DNA of 16,094 nucleotides, from positions 1 through 16,094 of IMG/VR virus record IMGVR_UViG_2778261454_000010; one strand, given 5' to 3'. Under the pieces are notes generated by a model that saw only the letters and a list, made by a program, of their open reading frames with translations, was not told the origin of the DNA and searched no databases. This DNA comes from a virus (Duplodnaviria; Heunggongvirae; Uroviricota; Caudoviricetes). The translations under genes and the position numbers were made by a program. This document shows, in pieces, positions 1 to 6,213 of the stretch. Position 1 is the stretch's first letter. Each line of letters starts with the position of its first letter.

Positions 1-714
1 TCAGATTATAACCTTCTTCCAGTCTAATCCTCGGTCGTCAGCGTACTCGTCACTCATCCCATCAGTTGTATGACCGAGCAATGTTTTCACATCAATTCCC
101 TGCTTCTTGTATAGCCTCGAAGAGAGAGATCTCTGCTCATGAAAAGATGGTGGTGTGGACCCAGCAGGGAACTTCAGTCCTGATTCGTCTCTCGCGGTGT
201 AAAAATAGCGTGATATTGAGTTAACCTTGATTTTACCGCCAGGTAAGGCTGATCCATGAGCGACGGTATGATGTACAAGATATTTGCTGACTACACCGTC
301 TCTACACCTTGCTACTACTTCTCTCAACGACATGCCGATAGCATCAAGCCTCAGTGATAAAGGGATAGCAACCTTCGAGCCTGTCTTGTTCTGGTTGATG
401 TGGAGGTGATCATCCCAAATATCAGAGAACTTTAGGTCTACAATATCGCCCGCTCGCTGCCCTGTAACCAACGCCAGAAGCATCGCGTTTTGAGCTGCAT
501 CCTGCATCCTCTCGGCGTGCTCATAAATAATCTTCCACTCTTCAAGTGTCAGGCGTTTACGCTTCACCTTAGCAACAGGATTTCTGGCAGCTAATGCCGG
601 ATTGTAACCTGGTGGAACCTCGCCAGCATGTTGCGCTTCCTTGAAGACGTCGTTTAAAACAGCCCTGACAAGCTGCCCTATCGCAGGTACGCTCTTCGCC
701 TTCTTTGTGCCAGG
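1..714 (-). pseudogene. int: Lambda-family tyrosine integrase, C-terminal catalytic region only (about 140 N-terminal residues missing)
   Basis: The minus-strand frame is open from 714 to a TGA stop at 3..1. The translation (..KRLTLEEWKIIYEHAE..LLALVTGQRAGDIVDLKFSDI..HEQRSLSSRLY..LLGHTTDGMSDEYADDRG) aligns by eye with the lambda Int catalytic domain. An in-frame TAG lies at 715-717 and there is no in-frame ATG; the only possible start is GTG at 565-567. Confidence 0.8.
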
Positions 715-997
715 CTACAACGTCGGCCACTGGCTCGGCGTTAACTACCGGTGCTGGCGGGGCGGTGTATAGCGGCAAACCTTGCCCACCGCCTGAGAAT
801 TGGTTATGTCCGTTATATTCAATTTCGTCACCGTGAGCACATACCCACGCCACAGGCTCGGCGTCCATTGCCGCCAGCGCGATACGGAAAACCTGAGCCG
901 TCATGCTGTTTTCTGAGTGCTCATCGTGAGCCGGGTCAGTGAGAAAGCCCGTGATGAATACTCGAAGCTCATGCTCTTTTGTGATTGGGGTTGTCAT
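569..997 (-). CDS. Hypothetical protein; the first ~95 residues look protein-like, the C-terminal ~45 residues are read out of frame across the integrase 5' region
   Basis: Six-frame ORF whose 3' portion (569-714) overlaps the integrase frame in a different phase and translates to a Cys/Arg/Gln-rich tail (..RTCDRAACQGCFKRRLQGSATCWRGS..). The start overlaps the stop of the upstream HNH gene (994-997). Confidence 0.3.
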   Translation of the reverse strand: MTTPITKEHELRVFITGFLTDPAHDEHSENSMTAQVFRIALAAMDAEPVAWVCAHGDEIEYNGHNQFSGGGQGLPLYTAPPAPVVNAEPVADVVAWHKEGEERTCDRAACQGCFKRRLQGSATCWRGSTRLQSGISCQKSCC

Positions 998-1701
998 ATT
1001 TTACCGTTCTCCAGTTTTTCTCCCTCGCCAAAAAAATCTCCGTGATACTTTCTCCTAGCTTCCATAGAAACAAGGCCTGCAAGCTCAATATCATCGTACA
1101 ATCCAAGGGATAGCTTCCTGCCATCAACGCCGATTGTTACGTACCATTTGGAAAACTTTTTATGCCAACTAACACCTTTAATTCCGCTAGTGTTGTGTGA
1201 ATGAACCTTCTGGTTTCTTGCGTTGTCTGCCCTACTTGCGTTTCTCAGGTTTATCCATCTGTCATCATTTCTTACTCTATTGATATGATCCGCTTCTGTA
1301 GGGAATTTCCCGGGCATATACAGAAATGCAAGCCTTCCTGCTTTATATTCCTTACCATTAATTTTTATATGCCTATATCCAGTGTGATGAATGCACCCAG
1401 CGATATCTCCACACTTAAAACCTCCCTTTGTATTTTTAATCCGAGTAAATACACCTGTATCTGGGTTGTAATGCAGATGCTCTTTCAAGACGTCCTGAGT
1501 TACCAGCGCCAGCACGTTGGCTGGCGTCGCTTCATCGTGAAATGAGTTAAGCGCCGTTATGTCCGCATCAAGCTGGGTGCCTTCAGCGAGTGAGATATCG
1601 AAAAGATCGCCCTCTGGCATCACGCTCAGACGCTCATACGCTCCCGTCGCGTTCAGCGCCGCCGCTTTCATACGCTGCGCCAGTTCTGTTGTCATGCTCA
1701 T
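994..1701 (-). CDS. HNH endonuclease (HNH_3-like motif) with a C-terminal AP2-like DNA-binding segment; phage homing-endonuclease-like
   Basis: ATG at 1699-1701 is preceded by GGGAGG and overlaps the TGA of the upstream 69-aa gene (ATGA). The translation carries ..GYRHIKINGKEYKAGRLAFLY..EADHINRVRNDDRWINLRNASRADNARNQ.. (HNH-type) and ..GIKGVSWHKKFSKWYVTIGVDGRKLSLGLYDDIELA.. (AP2-like). Confidence 0.75.
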   Translation of the reverse strand: MSMTTELAQRMKAAALNATGAYERLSVMPEGDLFDISLAEGTQLDADITALNSFHDEATPANVLALVTQDVLKEHLHYNPDTGVFTRIKNTKGGFKCGDIAGCIHHTGYRHIKINGKEYKAGRLAFLYMPGKFPTEADHINRVRNDDRWINLRNASRADNARNQKVHSHNTSGIKGVSWHKKFSKWYVTIGVDGRKLSLGLYDDIELAGLVSMEARRKYHGDFFGEGEKLENGKI

Positions 1702-1907
1702 GCTGCCTCCCAGCAAATCTGAGTTTTATAGACGCTCTTAACGCGTTGCACTTTTCCGGCAACTTCAAGCTTCTTCAGTCTGCGCAATACGTATGCGGTA
1801 TCGAGAGGTCGGTAGTTATCTCGAAGCCAGTTCGTCACTACGTAGGTCATGCAGCGACCATGCTCATTCAGCACCTGAATGATTTCTTCATCGGTTGGCT
1901 TGTTCAT
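1698..1907 (-). CDS. Small hypothetical protein, 69 aa (possible winged-helix DNA-binding fold, inferred)
   Basis: ATG at 1905-1907 is preceded by CGAGGAG with an 8-nt spacer, directly after the methyltransferase TAA. Its stop overlaps the HNH gene start. The sequence (..MTYVVTNWLRDNYRPLDTAYVLRRLKKLEVAGKVQR..) looks helical and basic. Confidence 0.5.
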   Translation of the reverse strand: MNKPTDEEIIQVLNEHGRCMTYVVTNWLRDNYRPLDTAYVLRRLKKLEVAGKVQRVKSVYKTQICWEAA

Positions 1908-1922
1908 GCTGCTCGCTCCTCG

Positions 1923-2660
1923 TTATTCACCATCACACAGCATGGAGAATGCTGCCGCTGCCACTCTTGGAACTTGTCCATTGCCAAGGGCTTTAATTCT
2001 GTCCACCCGATGGGCCACCCCATGAACCACTCGACCCATTCCGGGTTCAACTGTCCATCCTGGGGTGGCTGCGACCCATCTGGAAGTGGACGCATCTTTA
2101 TTGCACTTGGCAAGTCCGGAGTTCTGCGTAAGCGCTCGCTTGGACAATCGCCCCGTATTGTTGCTTTCGCTGTAGGCCACAATCCACATCCTGTCTCTTT
2201 CATGGGGCGCTCCGCAGTTCGATGCTGAAATACGAAACCACTCACAGCCACACCCCATTTCGGCAAGGTTACCAATGACCACTGCAAGGCCTTTTCCTCT
2301 GAGTCGCGGCGAATTTTCCACGCAGACGAATGCAGGTCGTACCTCACTGACGATTCTCGCCATTTCTGCCCACAGTCCAGAACGGCGTCCATTGATGCCG
2401 GCACCATGACCATTTGCGCTAATGTCCTGGCATGGAAACCCGCCAGATATGACATCAACAATCCCTCTCCACGGCTTTCCGTCAAAACTGCACACGTCAG
2501 ACCAAATCGGGAAAGGGCGGAGAATTCCATCGTTTTGTCGTTGCGCGAGAACTTGTGCTGCGTAGGCATCACGTTCAACTGCGCATACTGTTCGCCAGCC
2601 AAGGAGATGCCCTCCGAGTATTCCTCCGCCAGCGCCTGCGAAAAGAGCCAACTCATTCAC
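1923..2660 (-). CDS. DNA (cytosine-5)-methyltransferase, small phage-type enzyme of about 245 aa
   Basis: GTG start at 2658-2660 with GGAGGT five nt upstream, overlapping the TGA of the upstream ORF. Motifs read in order: I ..ELALFAGAGGGILGG.., IV ..GGFPCQDIS.., VI ..FVCVENSP.., VIII ..GAPHERDRMWIVA.., X-like ..RIKALGNGQVPRVAAAAF... Stop TAA at 1923-1925. Confidence 0.85.
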   Translation of the reverse strand: MNELALFAGAGGGILGGHLLGWRTVCAVERDAYAAQVLAQRQNDGILRPFPIWSDVCSFDGKPWRGIVDVISGGFPCQDISANGHGAGINGRRSGLWAEMARIVSEVRPAFVCVENSPRLRGKGLAVVIGNLAEMGCGCEWFRISASNCGAPHERDRMWIVAYSESNNTGRLSKRALTQNSGLAKCNKDASTSRWVAATPGWTVEPGMGRVVHGVAHRVDRIKALGNGQVPRVAAAAFSMLCDGE

Positions 2661-3015
2661 CGTTACCTCCGCGCAGCTGCCTTGCCAGATATTCAAGAGC
2701 CATTGCCGGAACGCCGACATGTCCTGTGCACGCAAATTTCGTGAGCAAATGCTCAATGGCTTTATCAACACCCCGCGCCTCAGCTTCTCGCAGGATGCTG
2801 TCTGTTGCCGGAGTTTCATGACAGGCACACAGCAATTCATGAATTGTCTGCATATCGACAATATCGCCGTCCGGCTGCTGTGTTAAATTCCACCGCTTAT
2901 AAATCTGGACTGACTCATCAGCCAGTAATATCGCCGCCGACTTAATCGCCAAATTCTCAGCCACCAAAGCCTTCAAATGCTCCTGCAACTCCACACCCTG
3001 TGGACAGTTCGTCAC
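2653..3015 (-). CDS. Hypothetical phage early-region protein, probably 5'-truncated at the 3060-3075 junction
   Basis: The frame is open upstream to 3072 with no ATG; the annotated start is GTG at 3013-3015. The TGA stop overlaps the methyltransferase start. No recognisable motif. Confidence 0.4.
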   Translation of the reverse strand: MTNCPQGVELQEHLKALVAENLAIKSAAILLADESVQIYKRWNLTQQPDGDIVDMQTIHELLCACHETPATDSILREAEARGVDKAIEHLLTKFACTGHVGVPAMALEYLARQLRGGNGE

Positions 3016-3072
3016 TTCACGCGCTTTCTCAATCGTTGAGTGTGCTGCTGTTAGTTCGCCTGCATGGTCGAG

Positions 3073-3314
3073 TTACCGGTCTCACCAATTACCGTGATTG
3101 CGGTAATGGTCTGAAGATTGACCTGGTTACTAACCCTGAACTGCTGGAGAAAGACATCAATGCCGCGCGTTCTGCTGCATGGTTCTATGCCTCCAAAGGT
3201 TGCCTGAAGTACACCGATGACCTGGTGCGCATCACTCAGATTATCAATGGCGGGCAGAACGGCATTAACGACAGACGCGTGCGTTACGCCAAAGCGAAAG
3301 CGGTGATTGCATGA
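3073..3314 (+). pseudogene. Endolysin remnant: C-terminal ~80 aa of a GH19 (chitinase-like) phage lysozyme; catalytic N-terminal part missing
   Basis: The translation ..TGLTNYRDCGNGLKIDLVTNPELLEKDINAARSAAWFYASKGC..ITQIINGGQNGINDRRVRYAKAKAVIA matches the conserved C-terminal block of GH19 endolysins as I recall it. Upstream in-frame sequence (3000-3070) is not protein-like and overlaps the minus-strand ORF. The stop overlaps the spanin start (ATGA at 3311-3314). Confidence 0.6.
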
Positions 3315-3589
3315 GCATTGTAGAAATCATCATTGGTGTCATTGGCGCTATCTGTGTTGCCGCTGCTAGTGGGTTTGGTCTTGGCCACATTCACGGTACC
3401 AGCAAAGCAGAAGCGAAAGCCGATCAACAACGCACTGAAGAAAACGCTGCCGCCATGAAAAAAGCTGCAGATCGTTGTGTGGAAGTCATCAAGGAGACAA
3501 GAGATGTGCAGGAGAATGTTAGTCGCATGCCTGATGACGATGTTGATCGCGAGCTGCGCGAAAACTTCACCCGCCCCGGTGGTGATTGA
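3311..3589 (+). CDS. Rz-like inner-membrane spanin (i-spanin)
   Basis: The N-terminus (MSIVEIIIGVIGAICVAAASGFGLG) is a single hydrophobic TM helix, followed by a charged, helical periplasmic segment. It sits directly after the endolysin remnant with ATGA coupling. Confidence 0.6.
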   Translation: MSIVEIIIGVIGAICVAAASGFGLGHIHGTSKAEAKADQQRTEENAAAMKKAADRCVEVIKETRDVQENVSRMPDDDVDRELRENFTRPGGD

Positions 3590-3716
3590 TACCGGTTGCC
3601 TGTGGGCACGGATTGTCTATCTGACCAACAGCGATATTGACCTGCTGGATAAGCAGACGAAGCGCGACATCCTAGCGCATAACAAAGCGTGGCAGGCGAA
3701 CTGTCAGAAAAAATGA
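3504..3716 (+). CDS. Rz1-like outer-membrane lipoprotein spanin (o-spanin), overlapping the i-spanin in the +1 frame
   Basis: ATG at 3504 with AAGGAG seven nt upstream. The N-terminus MCRRMLVACLMTMLIASC carries a lipobox (I-A-S-C) and the mature part is Pro-rich. It begins inside the Rz-like gene and extends past its stop. Confidence 0.55.
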   Translation: MCRRMLVACLMTMLIASCAKTSPAPVVIDTGCLWARIVYLTNSDIDLLDKQTKRDILAHNKAWQANCQKK

Positions 3717-3731
3717 ACTAATTAATGCAGT

Positions 3732-4319
3732 TTATAAAAAAATCTCTTCTGCGCATAAAAGATAACTTTCGTAAAAAGTTATCCCAAGCTCTGCAATAAC
3801 TATTGGATTTTTAGAATTCACTTCTTGTCCTAAGTGCGACTGAGGAGGGTTGTATGTGATCCCACGGTTACGACATGGAACTGCCTCTACTGAGCTTTGA
3901 GTAACTTCAACTCTCATTGGTGAGCCTGGAACGATTGTTGCACCACCATTACTATCAAATGAAATTGATTTGATGTGAACCATGCCACCTTGCTTTTCTG
4001 GATAGATACTAAACCCGCCAGGAACATATTTAGAGGTATCAGCAATCCCATGATGTGCTGAATTTCTGGCTTGCTTGAGATAGATGAGTAAACTATCAGA
4101 ATCACGCAGGTAGTTTGTTTTTGATGAAAATGAAGGGTATTTCTTGTGCTGCGCAGCAGCTACTTTTATCTTACCGTATACGTTTTCAATGCGGCTCAAA
4201 AAATCGCTCCAAGCCTCATCGTACTCATCATATGACTTAGCATTCTTCATACGCTCAACGCAGCGCTTTGCTCTTACCAATTCTTTTCTTGAAGGAAGTA
4301 AGTCCATTACCGTCACCAT
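3732..4319 (-). CDS. Orphan hypothetical protein (195 aa) in an AT-rich cargo segment; function unknown
   Basis: Long ORF on the minus strand, convergent with the spanin genes. Sampled 60-nt lines in this segment are about 38-42% G+C versus about 55-67% in the structural genes. No signal peptide, TM segment or assignable catalytic motif. Alternative ATG at 4305-4307 has GGTGA upstream. Confidence 0.6.
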   Translation of the reverse strand: MVTVMDLLPSRKELVRAKRCVERMKNAKSYDEYDEAWSDFLSRIENVYGKIKVAAAQHKKYPSFSSKTNYLRDSDSLLIYLKQARNSAHHGIADTSKYVPGGFSIYPEKQGGMVHIKSISFDSNGGATIVPGSPMRVEVTQSSVEAVPCRNRGITYNPPQSHLGQEVNSKNPIVIAELGITFYESYLLCAEEIFL

Positions 4320-4444
4320 TTTTAGTAGAAATGAAAAGCAAAGCTAACTCTTCATGAAACTTTAATCAATTAGCCAATAACCGAACTACAAATTATCCCC
4401 ACAAACGGATAAGACAATCAATATACCCTCTAAAGGATAAAACT

Positions 4445-4645
4445 ATGACGCCATTAGTTCTGACAGCAGAGCAGATAAAATCTCTTGCAGAATTTGCGGA
4501 GCAGGAAGGTCAGCCGTTCTATACCATCACCCACTCAACCATCCCTGAGTTTGAATCAGAAAGTGGTGATGTTGTTCCGGCATATGAAGGGCTGATTGCC
4601 TACTCAGAGTCAGAGGAACACGGCGTTCTTCAGCTCGACGACTGA
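4445..4645 (+). CDS. Small, highly acidic hypothetical protein (66 aa; about 14 Asp/Glu against 1 Lys)
   Basis: ATG at 4445 with AAGGA about seven nt upstream. The translation is MTPLVLTAEQIKSLAEFAEQEGQPFYTITHSTIPEFESESGDVVPAYEGLIAYSESEEHGVLQLDD. First gene of a short operon that ends at the terminator at 4978-5000. Confidence 0.5.
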   Translation: MTPLVLTAEQIKSLAEFAEQEGQPFYTITHSTIPEFESESGDVVPAYEGLIAYSESEEHGVLQLDD

Positions 4646-4684
4646 ACTGCCATTACAGAAGCTCTTCATTCAGGGGCTTCGATA

Positions 4685-4960
4685 ATGACCTTGAAATCTA
4701 TGGCCTTATCCGAGCATACTTTAGCAACCCTCCGTGTTGGTGGGGTGTTAAAGGGGATTGTTATGCTTGATAATTATTTCTACGATAAAAGTGGTTTTGA
4801 GCAAAAAGACGAAGTTAAGCGAGAAAAAGCAGTAGCTGCTGTACTTGAAATCCTTAAAGTTTCTGCTGGTCACTCACCAAGCCACGTAATTATTAGTGCT
4901 CTTAAGAACGAAGTAAATGAAGCAGCGGATGCGATTCAAGGAGCATTGGATAAAAAGTAA
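4685..4960 (+). CDS. Hypothetical protein (91 aa), second gene of the cargo cassette
   Basis: ATG at 4685 with AGGGG eight nt upstream. The sequence is helical and Lys-rich at the C-terminus. Followed 18 nt downstream by a strong intrinsic terminator. Confidence 0.5.
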   Translation: MTLKSMALSEHTLATLRVGGVLKGIVMLDNYFYDKSGFEQKDEVKREKAVAAVLEILKVSAGHSPSHVIISALKNEVNEAADAIQGALDKK

Positions 4961-4977
4961 CTGAGATGAAATAACAT

Positions 4978-5000
4978 AAACCGCCTATGGGCGGTTTTTT
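4978..5000 (+). terminator. Rho-independent terminator
   Basis: Perfect 8-bp stem AAACCGCC / GGCGGTTT with loop TATG, followed by a T-run to 5000. Confidence 0.75.
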
Positions 5001-5136
5001 ACTGCCATCACTGTGGGTAGGCTCATCCTAATAGCAATATCCCCCGCAAGGGATAATTAACGTGATATCCCCGTCGGGGGATAAAATCATATTTAAGCCA
5101 CTGGTATCCGCTGGTGGCTTTTTTATTGGAGTGAAT

Positions 5137-5427
5137 ATGGCATCCAATTCACCGTGGCATAGCCTCTATAATTCCAAGCGCTGGTACCGACTCCGATATC
5201 ACCAGCTTCAGAAGCAGCCTCTCTGCGAGTTCCACCTCCGGCGCAATCAGGTTATAGCCGCCACGATCGTTGACCATATCACCCCGCACAAGGGTAACGA
5301 GGCGCTATTTCATGACCAGGACAATCTTCAGTCACTCTGCAAACGTTGCCACGACTCGGTAAAGCAGAGGATGGAGAAGGGTGGAACGGTCACCGAGTTC
5401 GATAATAAAGGCCGTGTTATCTGGTAA
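5137..5427 (+). CDS. HNH endonuclease, packaging-associated (HK97 gp74-like position next to the terminase genes)
   Basis: ATG at 5137 with GGAG five nt upstream. HNH signature in the translation: ..CEFHLRRNQVIAATIVDHITPHKGNEALFHDQDNLQSLCKRCHDSVKQ... Located immediately upstream of TerS and TerL. Confidence 0.8.
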   Translation: MASNSPWHSLYNSKRWYRLRYHQLQKQPLCEFHLRRNQVIAATIVDHITPHKGNEALFHDQDNLQSLCKRCHDSVKQRMEKGGTVTEFDNKGRVIW

Positions 5428-5439
5428 CAGGAGTAGTTG

Positions 5440-5649
5440 ATGCAAGACATGAAGATTGAATACCGTGATGGGAAGTTGATTGAGTTGAGCATTGATAGCG
5501 TGAGCTTTAAACATGCCACTGCAGTCTCCTTCAATCATGAGGTCGTTGAGATGCTGCCTACCATTACCCTCACATTGCCAATCGGCGTTGGTGATCGTCT
5601 GGTGCCCTCTGGCATACCTCACTCAAGCTTACACGTAATTGAGAAATGA
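5440..5649 (+). CDS. Small hypothetical protein (69 aa) between the HNH and TerS genes
   Basis: ATG at 5440 with AGGAG six nt upstream. No recognisable motif. Confidence 0.4.
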   Translation: MQDMKIEYRDGKLIELSIDSVSFKHATAVSFNHEVVEMLPTITLTLPIGVGDRLVPSGIPHSSLHVIEK

Positions 5650-5769
5650 TATCAATTCTCATATTTATTTTGGTAAGGGAGGGGGTGGGATAAAACTCTG
5701 GTACCAAATTCTTAAAGACCGCGCCCTCAACTCTTTTTTTAAAAACGTCCAGAAAAAAAGGAAAAACCG

Positions 5770-6204
5770 ATGGCACAGCGAGGCAGAAAGTCTCTGGCTG
5801 CGACGTCTGCTGTCTCGTTGCCGGCACTGGCTGAAAGCAGGCTGCAGCCGTCCATTCATCTGAGCGATCCGGAAATTAATGTATGGGTAAGGCTCGTTAA
5901 TGACAATCCAGCTAGTTCATTCACTGAAACTCATCGAGACATGATGGAGATGTACTGCCGCCATGTTGTTCAGGCCAGAATAATCACCACTCAGCTTGAA
6001 GAGTTTGAACTGGAGTGGCTATCGCGCGAGGACGGACTTAAGCGGTACGACAAGCTTCTTGCCATGCGCGAGCGTGAAGTGCGTTCGGCATCTTCACTGG
6101 CAACACGTTTAAGGATCACCCGCCAGGCTACTGCCGACCCAAAAACAGTTGGCCGAGCGCACAACAATCTGGCTCGGGAGAAAAAACCCTGGGAAATTGA
6201 TTAA
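5770..6204 (+). CDS. Terminase small subunit (P27/HK97 gp1-like, by position and N-terminal basic segment)
   Basis: ATG at 5770 after an A-rich AAGGA region. The N-terminus MAQRGRKSLAATS.. is basic. The gene lies directly upstream of the large terminase gene. Confidence 0.7.
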   Translation: MAQRGRKSLAATSAVSLPALAESRLQPSIHLSDPEINVWVRLVNDNPASSFTETHRDMMEMYCRHVVQARIITTQLEEFELEWLSREDGLKRYDKLLAMREREVRSASSLATRLRITRQATADPKTVGRAHNNLAREKKPWEID

Positions 6205-6213
6205 GGCTCTTTG

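Noticed and set aside
1590-2228. 212-aa plus-strand ORF across the methyltransferase region
   Set aside because: It is opposite to the methyltransferase, which has clear motifs; the translation is Ser/Cys/His-rich with no motif and no ribosome-binding site.
5062-5136. Upstream extension of the HNH ORF (start at 5062)
   Set aside because: The extension covers the palindromic non-coding region and lacks a ribosome-binding site. The ATG at 5137 has GGAG at optimal spacing and gives a typical ~96-aa HNH protein.
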